Shown: in pieces, positions 32,008 to 41,712 of the stretch
Position numbering within the stretch: position 1 is the first letter of the stretch
Layout: every line of letters begins with the position of its first letter
Source of the DNA: Ruminococcus sp.
GTDB taxonomy: Bacteria > Bacillota > Clostridia > Oscillospirales > Ruminococcaceae
DNA: 64,000 nt
Direction: 5' to 3'
NCBI GenBank assembly: GCA_022641595.1
Contig: JALCDN010000001.1
Location: 9,244 to 73,243 of the forward strand
Program-made: the position numbers and the translations under genes
The notes under the pieces: generated by a model
The model's input: only the letters and a program-made list of their open reading frames with translations
What the model was told of the DNA's origin: nothing
The model's database searches: none

Positions 32008-32084
32008 CGAGGCGTAACTCAGTTTGGTAGAGTGCTTGGTTTGGGACCAAGATGCCGCAGGTTCGAGTCCTGTCGCCTCGACCA
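32008..32084 (+). tRNA. tRNA-Pro(TGG)
   Basis: Cloverleaf: acceptor CGAGGCG/CGCCTCG, anticodon arm CTTGG-TTTGGGA-CCAAG, GTTCGAG, CCA. Confidence 0.97.
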
Positions 32085-32131
32085 CTTTTCCTTTGTTTCT
32101 TAATTCTTCTTCAAAAAATTTGAAAAAGTAC

Positions 32132-32160
32132 TTGACAAATGTGAAAAGCTGTGATATAAT
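32132..32160 (+). promoter_or_regulatory. Consensus sigma-A promoter for tRNA-Thr/Tyr
   Basis: TTGACA-17-TATAAT with TG extension. Confidence 0.85.
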
Positions 32161-32182
32161 AAATAAGCACTAAAACATTAGT

Positions 32183-32258
32183 GCTGGTGTAGCTCAGTTG
32201 GTAGAGCAGCTGATTTGTAATCAGCAGGTCGGGGGTTCGAATCCGTCCACCAGCTCCA
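32183..32258 (+). tRNA. tRNA-Thr(TGT)
   Basis: GCTGGTG/CACCAGC acceptor, GCTGA-TTTGTAA-TCAGC, GTTCGAA, CCA. Confidence 0.97.
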
Positions 32259-32308
32259 TTAGTTCTATCAGAACTTAGTTCCGATAGAATTTTATTTTGA
32301 AAATCTAT

Positions 32309-32393
32309 GGGAGAGTTCCCGAGTGGCCAAAGGGGACAGACTGTAAATCTGCTGCTTTCAGCTTCGATGGTTCGAATCCATCCTCTCCCACCA
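32309..32393 (+). tRNA. tRNA-Tyr(GTA)
   Basis: GGGAGAG/CTCTCCC acceptor, CAGA-CTGTAAA-TCTG, long variable arm, CCA. Confidence 0.96.
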
Positions 32394-32727
32394 GTTTTTC
32401 ATCCCTTATTTCCTTCCGCTTTCATCTCGAAGCGGTTTTTTTATCTAATTACTTCCCAGTTTTCGCCTTGCAAGTTTTGCAAGGATTTTTTTATGTCCGC
32501 AAAAAATGACCCTTTGCATCAAAATTTCGATTTTTTGTTCAGAAATCTATCTCTTTTGTTACGATTCTGCTAAGTTTACGCCCTATTTTATCAAAAGAAC
32601 TGACGCTTGCGTCATTTATTTATAGATTTGTATCCCTTTAATCGGTTTCAGGAAAATTTACTTACAAAACAGATTCCCGGGATTCAGAAACATTACCAAA
32701 TTTGTATTAATTCTGGAGGAATTACCA

Positions 32728-34545
32728 ATGATCAGAGAAGATTTAAGAAATATCGCCATTATCGCCCACGTTGACCACGGCAAAACTACTCTCGTTGACG
32801 AAATGCTCAAACAAGGCGGCGCTTTCCGTGAAAACCAAGCCGTTGAAGAACGTGTCATGGACTCAAACGACATCGAAAGAGAACGTGGTATCACTATCCT
32901 TGCCAAAAATACTTCCGTGTGCTATGACGGCGTTAAAATCAATATCATAGATACCCCTGGACATGCTGACTTCGGCGGCGAAGTTGAACGTGTTCTCGAA
33001 ATGGTTGACGGCGTTATCCTCCTCGTTGACGCCGCTGAAGGCCCTATGCCTCAGACAAGATTCGTCCTCTCAAAAGCTCTCGAAATGGGTCTCAAAATTA
33101 TCGTCGTTGTCAACAAAATCGACCGTCCGGACGCTCGTCTCGACGAAATCGGCGACGAAGTACTCGAACTCCTCCTCGACCTCGATGCAAATGAACAACA
33201 GCTCGAAAGCCCTGTCCTTTTCTGCTCAGGCCGTGCAGGTACTGCTTCACTCAGCCAATATCAGGAGGGTACTGACCTTAAACCTCTCTTTGACACCATC
33301 ATCAGCTACATCGACCCTCCTAAGGGCGACGAAAATGCTCCTCTTCAAATGCTCATCTCCTCTATCGACTACAACGACTATGTTGGCCGTATCGGTATCG
33401 GTCGTATCGTGCGTGGCTCTATTAAAGTAAATCAGCCTGTCTCTGTATGCGACTTTACTGAGTCTAAAGAGTCATATAACTCGAAAATCGTTACTCTCCT
33501 TCAGATTCAGGGCCTTAACCGTGTTCCTGTTCAGGAAGCTTCTGTTGGCGACATCGTCTGGATAAGCGGCATCGAAAATATTACCATCGGCGACACTATC
33601 TGTGCTCAGGACTGCCGTGAGCCTATTCCTTTCGTTAAAATCAGCGAACCTACTGTCGAAATGACTTTCTCAGTAAACGACAGCCCATTCGCCGGCAGAG
33701 AAGGTAAATTCGTTACCTCAAGACAACTCCGTGACAGACTGTTCAGAGAACTTCTGCGTGACGTTTCTCTGCGTGTTACTGAAACAGATTCTACTGACTC
33801 ATTCAAAGTCGCCGGCAGAGGCGAAATGCACCTGTCTATCCTTATAGAAAATATGCGCCGTGAAGGCTATGAGCTTTCTGTTTCCACTCCTCGTGTTCTC
33901 TTTAAACAAGACGAAAACGGCAAACGCCTTGAACCAATCGAAAGACTCGTTCTCGATGTTCCGGCAGACTGCGTCGGCTCTGTTATGGAAAAAATGGGTA
34001 CCCGTAAAGGCGAACTCATCGAAATGCACCCTCAGGGCAGCCGTATGAGAATAGAATTTCTTATTCCTGCAAGAGGTCTGTTCGGCTACAAGAGCGAATT
34101 TCTCACTGACACTAAGGGCGAAGGCATTATGAGCCACATCTTTGAGGGCTATGATAAGTACAAGGGCGATATCGAACGCCGTAGCACAGGCTCACTCGTT
34201 TCTTTTGAAACAGGCGAAGCTGTTACTTACGGTCTGTTTAACGCTCAGGAAAGAGGTCAGCTCTTTATACCTGCCGGCGTTCCGGTTTACGAAGGTATGA
34301 TTGTCGGCGCTTCTCCTAAGGTTGAAGACCTTGTTGTTAACGTCTGCAAGAGAAAACATCTCACAAATACCCGTGCAAGCGGTAGTGATGACGCTTTGCG
34401 TCTTGTTACTCCAAGAACACTCAGCCTTGAAGACTGTCTCGAATTCCTCGCTGACGACGAGCTGCTCGAAGTTACTCCGGATTCACTCCGTATCAGAAAA
34501 CGTATCCTTAGCAACTCTATGAGAGCTAAGAGCAGAGCTAAGTAA
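32728..34545 (+). CDS. typA: Translational GTPase TypA/BipA
   Basis: [40 protein letters not shown] and EGKFVTSR. Confidence 0.97.
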   Translation: MIREDLRNIAIIAHVDHGKTTLVDEMLKQGGAFRENQAVEERVMDSNDIERERGITILAKNTSVCYDGVKINIIDTPGHADFGGEVERVLEMVDGVILLVDAAEGPMPQTRFVLSKALEMGLKIIVVVNKIDRPDARLDEIGDEVLELLLDLDANEQQLESPVLFCSGRAGTASLSQYQEGTDLKPLFDTIISYIDPPKGDENAPLQMLISSIDYNDYVGRIGIGRIVRGSIKVNQPVSVCDFTESKESYNSKIVTLLQIQGLNRVPVQEASVGDIVWISGIENITIGDTICAQDCREPIPFVKISEPTVEMTFSVNDSPFAGREGKFVTSRQLRDRLFRELLRDVSLRVTETDSTDSFKVAGRGEMHLSILIENMRREGYELSVSTPRVLFKQDENGKRLEPIERLVLDVPADCVGSVMEKMGTRKGELIEMHPQGSRMRIEFLIPARGLFGYKSEFLTDTKGEGIMSHIFEGYDKYKGDIERRSTGSLVSFETGEAVTYGLFNAQERGQLFIPAGVPVYEGMIVGASPKVEDLVVNVCKRKHLTNTRASGSDDALRLVTPRTLSLEDCLEFLADDELLEVTPDSLRIRKRILSNSMRAKSRAK

Positions 34546-34562
34546 TTATATTCCGTTATTTT

Positions 34563-34612
34563 CTGCAAAGTCCCTCACAAGGTTCTGCCTTGCGAGGCTT
34601 TTGCAGATTTTT
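34563..34612 (+). terminator. Terminator after typA
   Basis: TCTGCAAAG..CCTCACAAGG / CCTTGCGAGG..TTTTGCAGA then T tract. Confidence 0.65.
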
Positions 34613-34682
34613 CTGTTTTTATCTGATACATTGCGTAATCATTACATTTCCATATTTTTAAACTTGAAAGGAACTGCTTTTT

Positions 34683-35354
34683 ATGAAGATTTTAAGAAAA
34701 TCTGCTCTCTTTCTTTCTGCCGCTATTTTACTCGCATCTTTTTCAGCCTGCAATAACAATTCCAAAAATAATAAGTCCGCTATCTCATCTTCTGACTCTT
34801 CTCTTGACTCATCTGCCGACGAAACACTCTCAGACTCCGATGCTCAGCTTTTCTCAGGCGACTTCGTCACAAGCTCATCAGGAATTAAGCTCTACTACGA
34901 CAAGTCATCTCTCGACCAAAAGCTTATTGACTCACTCGAAAAATATTTCACAGCTATCGCTAACAAGGACTTCGACTCTTTCTGCTCTGTCATTCAGCCT
35001 CAGTTTATGCAGGTCTACTCGGATTTCCTCAAAAACAGCAAAGACTATGGCTATGACTACAAAACTTCTTTCGAAAAATTATACTCAGGCTGCTCCGATA
35101 CTGTCGGCGGCGACTTCAGCATTACCCGCATTAAAGTAGCTCTCGCTGATACTAATGATGCAGAATCTTATATCTCGCAAAATGAAAAAACTATCGGCGG
35201 CGACCTGCTTAATAAAATCAAACAGAACTCAGACTCCCTTCTTACTGTTTATTTCAGCGTTATGGCTGAATCAGGCGGAAAGGAAACCGTTCTCGCTAAC
35301 GAAAGAACTCTCATTCTCTCTTGCAAAGATGGTAAATATTATATTGTTGCTTAG
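34683..35354 (+). CDS. Lipoprotein of unknown function (NTF2-like pattern)
   Basis: Lipobox FSAC; YFTAIANKDF, terminal DGKYY. Confidence 0.7.
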   Translation: MKILRKSALFLSAAILLASFSACNNNSKNNKSAISSSDSSLDSSADETLSDSDAQLFSGDFVTSSSGIKLYYDKSSLDQKLIDSLEKYFTAIANKDFDSFCSVIQPQFMQVYSDFLKNSKDYGYDYKTSFEKLYSGCSDTVGGDFSITRIKVALADTNDAESYISQNEKTIGGDLLNKIKQNSDSLLTVYFSVMAESGGKETVLANERTLILSCKDGKYYIVA

Positions 35355-35365
35355 GAGGTCTATGT

Positions 35366-36070
35366 ATGAAATTTTTTAAACCTTTTGCCGCACTTATCTC
35401 TGCCGTAATTTTCTCGGCTTCACTTGTTTCTTGCAGCAGCAAAACCCAAAACTCCGGTGACCAACACAGCCACGAGGGTCTCGTTCACGATGACCTCAGC
35501 AGCAACGTTAGTGTAAGTCAGGACGATATGCCTTACGGTGCTACCCTGAGCGTTCTTAAAGCCGACTCCGACGGCGTTCCGCTTAGCATCGACTACGACA
35601 ACCGATTTGTATCAAATGACGAAGCTAAAATCGTTTCCAACTACTTCGCCGCCATCAATTCTAAAAACGCTGACCTCTTTTCTTCCTGCTACTACCCGGG
35701 CTTCGGTGACTACTTCGCAAGCCTTAACGGTTCTTCAAGCATAGCCGATTATCTTAATTCCACTTACTCATCACTCGAATCCGACACAATAGGCTCTGCT
35801 TTCAAATTCTCTTATGTCACTATTACCGACTGCATCGCTCCGTCCGATGACGCCGCTTCAAACTATAACTTCAAACAGGTAGACTTCTACCTCAAAAGCT
35901 TTTCCGACGGCAACAACCTCGATATCCCAGATAAAATCACCTCCAGAAAAGTCGTTGTCGTCGACGTTATGTACGATACGGCTTCAGGAAACCTCTCGCT
36001 CGACAAGCGTCTTAAAAGCGACCTATGCCTCTACCTATACCAGATTGACGGCAAATATTACGTCTGCTGA
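35366..36070 (+). CDS. Lipoprotein of unknown function, distant paralogue of upstream gene
   Basis: Lipobox LVSC; YFAAINSKN, terminal DGKYY. Confidence 0.7.
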   Translation: MKFFKPFAALISAVIFSASLVSCSSKTQNSGDQHSHEGLVHDDLSSNVSVSQDDMPYGATLSVLKADSDGVPLSIDYDNRFVSNDEAKIVSNYFAAINSKNADLFSSCYYPGFGDYFASLNGSSSIADYLNSTYSSLESDTIGSAFKFSYVTITDCIAPSDDAASNYNFKQVDFYLKSFSDGNNLDIPDKITSRKVVVVDVMYDTASGNLSLDKRLKSDLCLYLYQIDGKYYVC

Positions 36071-36114
36071 TAAGAAATAAATTCTGATATTCTTACGATA
36101 GGAGCTTAGCTTTT

Positions 36115-36582
36115 ATGAGAAAATCTAACCGTGAAATTACAGATTTATCGGAAATTGCTGACATTGTCCGAAATACTGACACTATCCGCCTTGGCATCAA
36201 CGATGAAAAATTTCCCTATGTCGTTCCGGTTTCCTTTGGATTCGATTTTATCAACGGGAAATTTACTTTCTTCTTTCATGGTGCAAAAGATGGCAAAAAA
36301 GTCTCTCTGCTCCGTAAAAATCCTTTCGTTTGCCTTGAGGGCGATATCTGTTACCGCTTCAGACGCACAAAGCTTTCTGTTACCTGCCTTTATGAAAGCT
36401 TCATCGCTTTTGGCAAATGCTGTGAACTTTCCGGTGAACAGGCAGTTTACGGTCTTAAATCAATACTAAGTCACTGCAACTACGCCGACGTTAACTTAGA
36501 CGAAAAAATCCTTCCTGCCGTTTCTGTATATAAAGTCGAAATAGAATCAATTACCGCTAAAATGCGTGACAAAATTAATTGA
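36115..36582 (+). CDS. Pyridoxamine 5'-phosphate oxidase family (NimA-like) flavin-binding protein
   Basis: MRKSNREI, PYVVPVSFG, FHGAKDGKK and YESFIAFG. Confidence 0.85.
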   Translation: MRKSNREITDLSEIADIVRNTDTIRLGINDEKFPYVVPVSFGFDFINGKFTFFFHGAKDGKKVSLLRKNPFVCLEGDICYRFRRTKLSVTCLYESFIAFGKCCELSGEQAVYGLKSILSHCNYADVNLDEKILPAVSVYKVEIESITAKMRDKIN

Positions 36583-36595
36583 ATATAAACTAAAT

Positions 36596-36624
36596 AAGCC
36601 CGAAAGGTTAATCCTTTCGGGCTT
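36596..36624. terminator. Bidirectional terminator
   Basis: AAGCCCGAAAGG / CCTTTCGGGCTT. Confidence 0.85.
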
Positions 36625-36627
36625 TAA

Positions 36628-37554
36628 TTATTTCTTTTTATATTTCAGCAGAAATCCGCCGACGATAGTTGTCATAATCAGTGACACAAGCATCGGAAAC
36701 CATGTGTACGGCAACGGCAAATCCTTTGTGTTCATTCCGTAAAAGCTGTAAACCATTGTCGGTATCGCCATTATAATCGTGATTACTGTAAGTCTCCACA
36801 TTACAATATTCAGATTATTCGATATTACCGACGCAAATGCGTCCATCATGCTCGAAAGAATTCTTGAATAGATGTTAGACATTTCTATTGCCTGTTTTAT
36901 TTCGATAAGCACATCTTCAAGCAGATCCTGATCTTCGTCATAGAGCTTGATTACCCTGCCACGGTATATTTTTTCTATTGTTGCTTCATTTGCTTTAAGT
37001 GACGTTGAAAAGTATACAAGTGATTTTTCCAGCTCAAGAAGCTGCATTATCAGCTTGTTTTTCATCGCATCGTGAAGTTCCTGCTCGGCTGATGATGATA
37101 TTTTATCTATCTGCTTGAGGTATATCAGGAAGAGTGTTATAATCCTAAGCAAAAGCTGTAATACAAAGCGTGTTTTCAGATTTGTTCTCAGATTGCGGAT
37201 ACTTCCATTTACCGCTTCGCTCACAATGCGTGTTGATTTAAGTGAGATTGTAAACACATAGTTTTCGGTTATAATTATTCCTATAGGAAGTGTATAGAAA
37301 AGCAGTGTTTCCTCATCGTCTACCGAAGATACAGGTGTATCAACAATAATAAGTGTCTGGTCGTCCTCACGTTCTATACGTGATGATTCCTCCTCATCGA
37401 GTGCGGACTTAACAAAGCCGCTGTCAAGACCGTAGTCCTCTATAAGCATTTTAATTTCCTGTGCATCGGGGTCAACTACCGAAACCCAGCAGCCTGCCGA
37501 AAGCTCTTGCGTTTCGGTAACTGCACCGTTGATTGTTTTGTAAAATGTTATCAT
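36628..37554 (-). CDS. corA: CorA family magnesium transporter
   Basis: ALDEEESSRIE, KSLVYFSTSL, ISNNLN, YGMN signature, two C-terminal TMs. Confidence 0.93.
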   Translation of the reverse strand: MITFYKTINGAVTETQELSAGCWVSVVDPDAQEIKMLIEDYGLDSGFVKSALDEEESSRIEREDDQTLIIVDTPVSSVDDEETLLFYTLPIGIIITENYVFTISLKSTRIVSEAVNGSIRNLRTNLKTRFVLQLLLRIITLFLIYLKQIDKISSSAEQELHDAMKNKLIMQLLELEKSLVYFSTSLKANEATIEKIYRGRVIKLYDEDQDLLEDVLIEIKQAIEMSNIYSRILSSMMDAFASVISNNLNIVMWRLTVITIIMAIPTMVYSFYGMNTKDLPLPYTWFPMLVSLIMTTIVGGFLLKYKKK

Positions 37555-37675
37555 TGTAATTATTGCGTCCGTCCTATTGCGGACGCCGCTCCTTTCGCCG
37601 AATATCTGCTGTTGGCACAGCTTTTTTCAGCAAAGCAGAGCATTGGTGTATTACGACTCTGAGCATTGCTGAATT

Positions 37676-37714
37676 TTAAATTGTCTTCGTATTCCCATAA
37701 GGGTCAGCGCTCAT
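37676..37714 (-). CDS. Putative corA leader peptide MSADPYGNTKTI
   Basis: GGAGGT RBS 6 nt before ATG, directly downstream of a near-consensus promoter. Confidence 0.6.
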   Translation of the reverse strand: MSADPYGNTKTI

Positions 37715-37744
37715 AAATACACCTCCAAAAAAATCTTACACTCC

Positions 37745-37773
37745 ATTATAACAAATTTTTTCTCTCATTACAA
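37745..37773 (-). promoter_or_regulatory. Sigma-A promoter for corA leader
   Basis: TTGTAA-17-TATAAT with TG extension. Confidence 0.75.
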
Positions 37774-37997
37774 GCATTTTTTTCTTTACTTTCTAAAATT
37801 CTTTTGAATTAAGAGGTACCACTAATTTTTATTTTTCCCTTTATTTTTCTTTTCATCACTAAACAATCATATTCGGCAGTTATAATACAGCTAAAGATAA
37901 AGAAATAAAAACAGCTGCTTCTTTCAGACTGCTGTTGAAATTCGGGAATTGGTATCCTTTCAGACGTTTCACACATTTTTCTTAAAAGGAGATTATT

Positions 37998-40448
37998 ATG
38001 AACAAATATACTAAAGTAAATAGTCTTATATGCTCGGCAGTTATATTTACATCGCTTCTTGCCGGTTGCAATGCTAATTTCTCGAAAAGCACTTCTGATT
38101 CATCATCGACACTTTCAAATGTTCTGTCATCTGCTATTGACGATGATTTTGACAGTGACGATGACGATTTATCCTCAGATGCCAAACAGCTTTCTTTCTC
38201 AAGCGGAAACTACGGCGTTGATGTTTCTTCACTTTTCTCAGAACGTGACCTTTCAGGTTCTTATGATGACATTACCGCTGAAATTTCTCTCAACGGCTCA
38301 TCAGTCACTGCTGATGGCGACGGCGTTAAGGTTTCCGGCTCAACGGTTACTATAACAAATGCCGGTACCTACATGATTTCAGGTACTCTTGATGACGGTC
38401 AGATAATTGTTGCCGCCTCAGATTCGGACAAGGTTCAGCTCGTACTAAATAACGCAAGTATTTCCTCTTCAAAATCTTCCGCTATCTACATCTCAAATGC
38501 TGACAAGACTTTCATTACTACCGTAAAAGACTCTGTAAACACAGTTTCCGATGCTTCTAAATATGTTTATGCTTCTTCTGAAGATAATGAACCTGATGCC
38601 GCTATTTTCAGCTGCGATGACCTCACTGTCAACGGCAGCGGCACTCTTAACGTCAAGGGCAACTTCAACGAGGGCATTACCTCCAAAAATGACCTCATTA
38701 TCGCTGGCGGCAAGCTCAATGTAACTTCCGTTGGAAACGGCATTAAAGGCAAAAAATCTGTTGCTGTCACAAGTACCGAATTCAATATCACTTCAGGCGG
38801 CGATGGCATAAAATCATCTGCTAACGATGACTCTACTGACGATGCCGTTTCACAGTCAACTACATCAACTGCATCAACTACATCAACTGCTTCATCGTCA
38901 TCAACTTCTTCTTCAGATTCTTCAAAAACATCTTCTGATTCATCAAAATCCGTAACAGGCTTTATCTACATCAACAGTGGTACTTTCAACATTACCTCAA
39001 AACAGGACGGCATTCAAGCTAATTCACTCCTTATTGTCGATGACGGTACTTTCAACATAACAGCAGGCGGCGGCTCGGCAAACGGTGCTGCTCACACCTC
39101 AGATGACTTCGGCGGCGGCAGAATGGGTGGCGGTATGAACGGCGGCGGCGGTATGATGGGCGGTGGCAGAGGCGATTTTAATGGTCAGAATCAAAACGGC
39201 AGTTCCGCTTCAGGTTCAGGTTCCGGTTCTGCTTCAGGCTCCGGCTCTGTTTCTTCAACCTCAAGCTCTGCTTCACTCGCAAACATTCAGCTTACAGCAA
39301 ACACTTCCACAAATTCATCAACTTCTGCTCCTTCTTCATCGGATTCTTCAAAATCTTCTTCAACAACTACAAAATCTTCCACAGCTACAAATTCCTCATC
39401 TTCTGACTCATCTGTAAGCACCAAAGGTCTGAAAGCTATTCAGGCAATTTACATCAACGGCGGTACTTTCTCAGTAGACTCGGCTGACGACTCCGTTCAC
39501 TCAAACGGTCTCGTCCAGATTAAAGGCGGTTCACTATCACTTTCAAGCGGTGACGATGGTATTCACGCTGACTCCGAAATCTCTCTCTCTGACGGCAATG
39601 TCGATATTAAAAAATCATATGAGGGCGTAGAAGCCGCTTCTATCAACGTTTCAGGCGGCTCTGTCAAGGTTAAATCCTCCGATGACGGCTTCAATGCAAG
39701 TGACGGCACTGCTCAGGGTGCTATGGGTACAAACAGTTCCGCTTGCAAAATCAATGTCACAGGCGGTTATATCTACGTCAACGCTGACGGCGACGGCATC
39801 GACTCAAACGGCAGTATGGCATTCTCTGGCGGTACTATCCTCGTCGACGGTCCTACAAACGATGGCAACGCCGCTGTCGACGGAAATGGTACAATAAAAT
39901 TTGACGGCGGTCTTATTGTTGCCGCAGGAAGCTCGGGTATGGTTGAACTTCCGGAAGATTCATCGGCTCAGAACTTCGTTGTCGTTACTCTCGACGATTA
40001 CCTCGACGCAGGAACTCTCGTAACAATTTGCGACTCAACCGGCAAAGAGGTTCTAACATACGCTCCATCTAAGAAATTTGACTCCGTTATCATCAGCTCC
40101 CCTGACATTAAGGACGGTCAGACCTACTCTGTTTACACAGGCTCTACCTCTACCTCTACTTCTAAAGACGGTCTTTACACTGTCGGCGGTTACAGCGGCG
40201 GTACTCTCGCAGGTTCATTCACCGCTGAAAGCTCAGTTTCCTATGTCGGTACGTTCAAGGCTATGTCTATGGGCGGCGGCGGAAAAGGCGGTAATTTCGG
40301 CGGTGGAACTCCAAATGGCGGCGGCACTCCTCCTCAAAAACCTGACGGTGACAGCTTCGGTGGCGGTCAGATGATGACTCCTCCTGACGGTGCTAAGGCT
40401 CCCTCCTCCTCTGATTCCACTGCATCTTCGGATTCTTCCGCTTCTTAA
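37998..40448 (+). CDS. Lipoprotein, Cthe_2159/DUF4353 carbohydrate-binding beta-helix with Ser- and Gly/Met-rich inserts
   Basis: Lipobox LAGC; ITNAGTYMISGTLDDGQI, repeated DDGIHA/DGIDSNG and GG..I motifs. Confidence 0.85.
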   Translation: MNKYTKVNSLICSAVIFTSLLAGCNANFSKSTSDSSSTLSNVLSSAIDDDFDSDDDDLSSDAKQLSFSSGNYGVDVSSLFSERDLSGSYDDITAEISLNGSSVTADGDGVKVSGSTVTITNAGTYMISGTLDDGQIIVAASDSDKVQLVLNNASISSSKSSAIYISNADKTFITTVKDSVNTVSDASKYVYASSEDNEPDAAIFSCDDLTVNGSGTLNVKGNFNEGITSKNDLIIAGGKLNVTSVGNGIKGKKSVAVTSTEFNITSGGDGIKSSANDDSTDDAVSQSTTSTASTTSTASSSSTSSSDSSKTSSDSSKSVTGFIYINSGTFNITSKQDGIQANSLLIVDDGTFNITAGGGSANGAAHTSDDFGGGRMGGGMNGGGGMMGGGRGDFNGQNQNGSSASGSGSGSASGSGSVSSTSSSASLANIQLTANTSTNSSTSAPSSSDSSKSSSTTTKSSTATNSSSSDSSVSTKGLKAIQAIYINGGTFSVDSADDSVHSNGLVQIKGGSLSLSSGDDGIHADSEISLSDGNVDIKKSYEGVEAASINVSGGSVKVKSSDDGFNASDGTAQGAMGTNSSACKINVTGGYIYVNADGDGIDSNGSMAFSGGTILVDGPTNDGNAAVDGNGTIKFDGGLIVAAGSSGMVELPEDSSAQNFVVVTLDDYLDAGTLVTICDSTGKEVLTYAPSKKFDSVIISSPDIKDGQTYSVYTGSTSTSTSKDGLYTVGGYSGGTLAGSFTAESSVSYVGTFKAMSMGGGGKGGNFGGGTPNGGGTPPQKPDGDSFGGGQMMTPPDGAKAPSSSDSTASSDSSAS

Positions 40449-40522
40449 ATTCAGATTTCCTCACATTCTCTCCTTATACCGCAGATTTCTTTTCTGCGGT
40501 ATATTTTTACAAAAATTTTATA

Positions 40523-40554
40523 AAAAAATCCGATACGAAAGTATCGGATTTTTT
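40523..40554. terminator. Bidirectional terminator
   Basis: AAAAAATCCGATAC-GAAA-GTATCGGATTTTTT. Confidence 0.9.
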
Positions 40555-40576
40555 ATTCTTATTTGTTTAAATGGAA

Positions 40577-40732
40577 TCACGTTCCACAGTCGTCATAGTC
40601 GCCCCATTTTTCATTATATGCTCTTTCTCCTGCTGAGCGATACATTATATATACTACAGAACCTATTGCAAGAAATATTGCAAATAAAAGTCCGATTCCG
40701 TTTTTAAGCCTTAACTTCTTCTTATTTTCCAT
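40577..40732 (-). CDS. Small single-TM protein (51 aa) downstream of pspA, not in ORF track
   Basis: AAGGAG 8 nt before ATG; MENKKKLRLKNGIGLLFAIFLAIGSVVYIMYRSAGERAYNEKWGDYDDCGT*, followed by terminator. Confidence 0.75.
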   Translation of the reverse strand: MENKKKLRLKNGIGLLFAIFLAIGSVVYIMYRSAGERAYNEKWGDYDDCGT

Positions 40733-40777
40733 TCAATTCACTCCTTCTGAGCATTTTATTAAGCCCTTAAACAGTAA

Positions 40778-41476
40778 TTACTGCTGCGAAGCTGCGGCAT
40801 CTGTTTTTGTTCCGCCCATTTCGTCCATGAGTCTGCGAAGCTCTGCGTCAACCTTTGCATTCTGCTGGAGCTTTTCAAATGTATCGTTATCCTCGCCCTT
40901 ATCTGAACCTGAGATTTCTGTAAACGCATCTGCCTCAGCTTCTTTTCTGACGATTTTCTCTTCCATTCTGTTAAGCTTCTCAAACGAGCTTGACGAATCC
41001 ATTCCGCCTATTGACTGTGCAAGATTTTTCTGCGTATCTGCCATCTGCGAACGTGCAATAAGCATTGCCTGACGGCTCTTTGCCTCATCAAGCTTTGCCT
41101 TGAGTACCTCTACCTGATCTCTTATTGCCTCTGTCTGCTGGCTTATAGTGTCATACATTTCCTTATAATTAGCCGTATCCTCGTCGGCCTTTACTTTATT
41201 TGCAAGAGCCTTCTTTGCAAGCTCTGTATCGCCTGCTGCAAGGGCTGCCTTTGCTTTTTCTTCCCACTCTGCTGAAGTTTTTGCGGCACTCTGATACTGT
41301 TTTTCAGCCATTCTTTCACTTGCAACGGCTTTTCCAAGAGCCTGTGTAGACTTATTCAGTTCCTTCTGCATATCTATGATTATCTGCTTTACCATTTTCT
41401 CCGGATCTTCTGCCTTATCGATCATGTCATTTACGTTTGACTTCAGAACATCGGCAAGTCTCTGAAAAATTCCCAT
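40778..41476 (-). CDS. pspA: PspA/IM30 family protein
   Basis: MGIFQRL..V.KSNVN...DKAEDPEKM, coiled coil, FEKLNRMEEKI. Confidence 0.92.
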   Translation of the reverse strand: MGIFQRLADVLKSNVNDMIDKAEDPEKMVKQIIIDMQKELNKSTQALGKAVASERMAEKQYQSAAKTSAEWEEKAKAALAAGDTELAKKALANKVKADEDTANYKEMYDTISQQTEAIRDQVEVLKAKLDEAKSRQAMLIARSQMADTQKNLAQSIGGMDSSSSFEKLNRMEEKIVRKEAEADAFTEISGSDKGEDNDTFEKLQQNAKVDAELRRLMDEMGGTKTDAAASQQ

Positions 41477-41541
41477 ATAAATAAGTCCTCCTTGAAATTA
41501 AATTTCTGTTTTATGCTAAAGTTTCATTCGGTTACCATATG

Positions 41542-41570
41542 ATTATAAATTATTTTTAAATAATTGTCAA
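41542..41570 (-). promoter_or_regulatory. Consensus sigma-A promoter for pspA
   Basis: TTGACA-17-TATAAT on minus strand. Confidence 0.8.
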
Positions 41571-41712
41571 GGGCTGGCAGTAATTTCGTACACTTTTTAC
41601 AAAAATCTCACACTTTATACAAATTGTGGACGGTATAAAACCGTCCACTGCGTTCGTACGAATCTTTGAGAGGTTCAGAAAATACGAAACTTTGTCAAAA
41701 CTTTGATTCTAA

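Noticed and set aside
32008-32500. tRNA 3' ends as prophage/ICE attachment sites
   Set aside because: No integrase or repeated tRNA end in the window; followed by ordinary terminator hairpins and typA.
38856-38900. Short 18-bp tandem repeats in Ser/Thr linker
   Set aside because: In-frame low-complexity coding repeats; no phase-variation potential.
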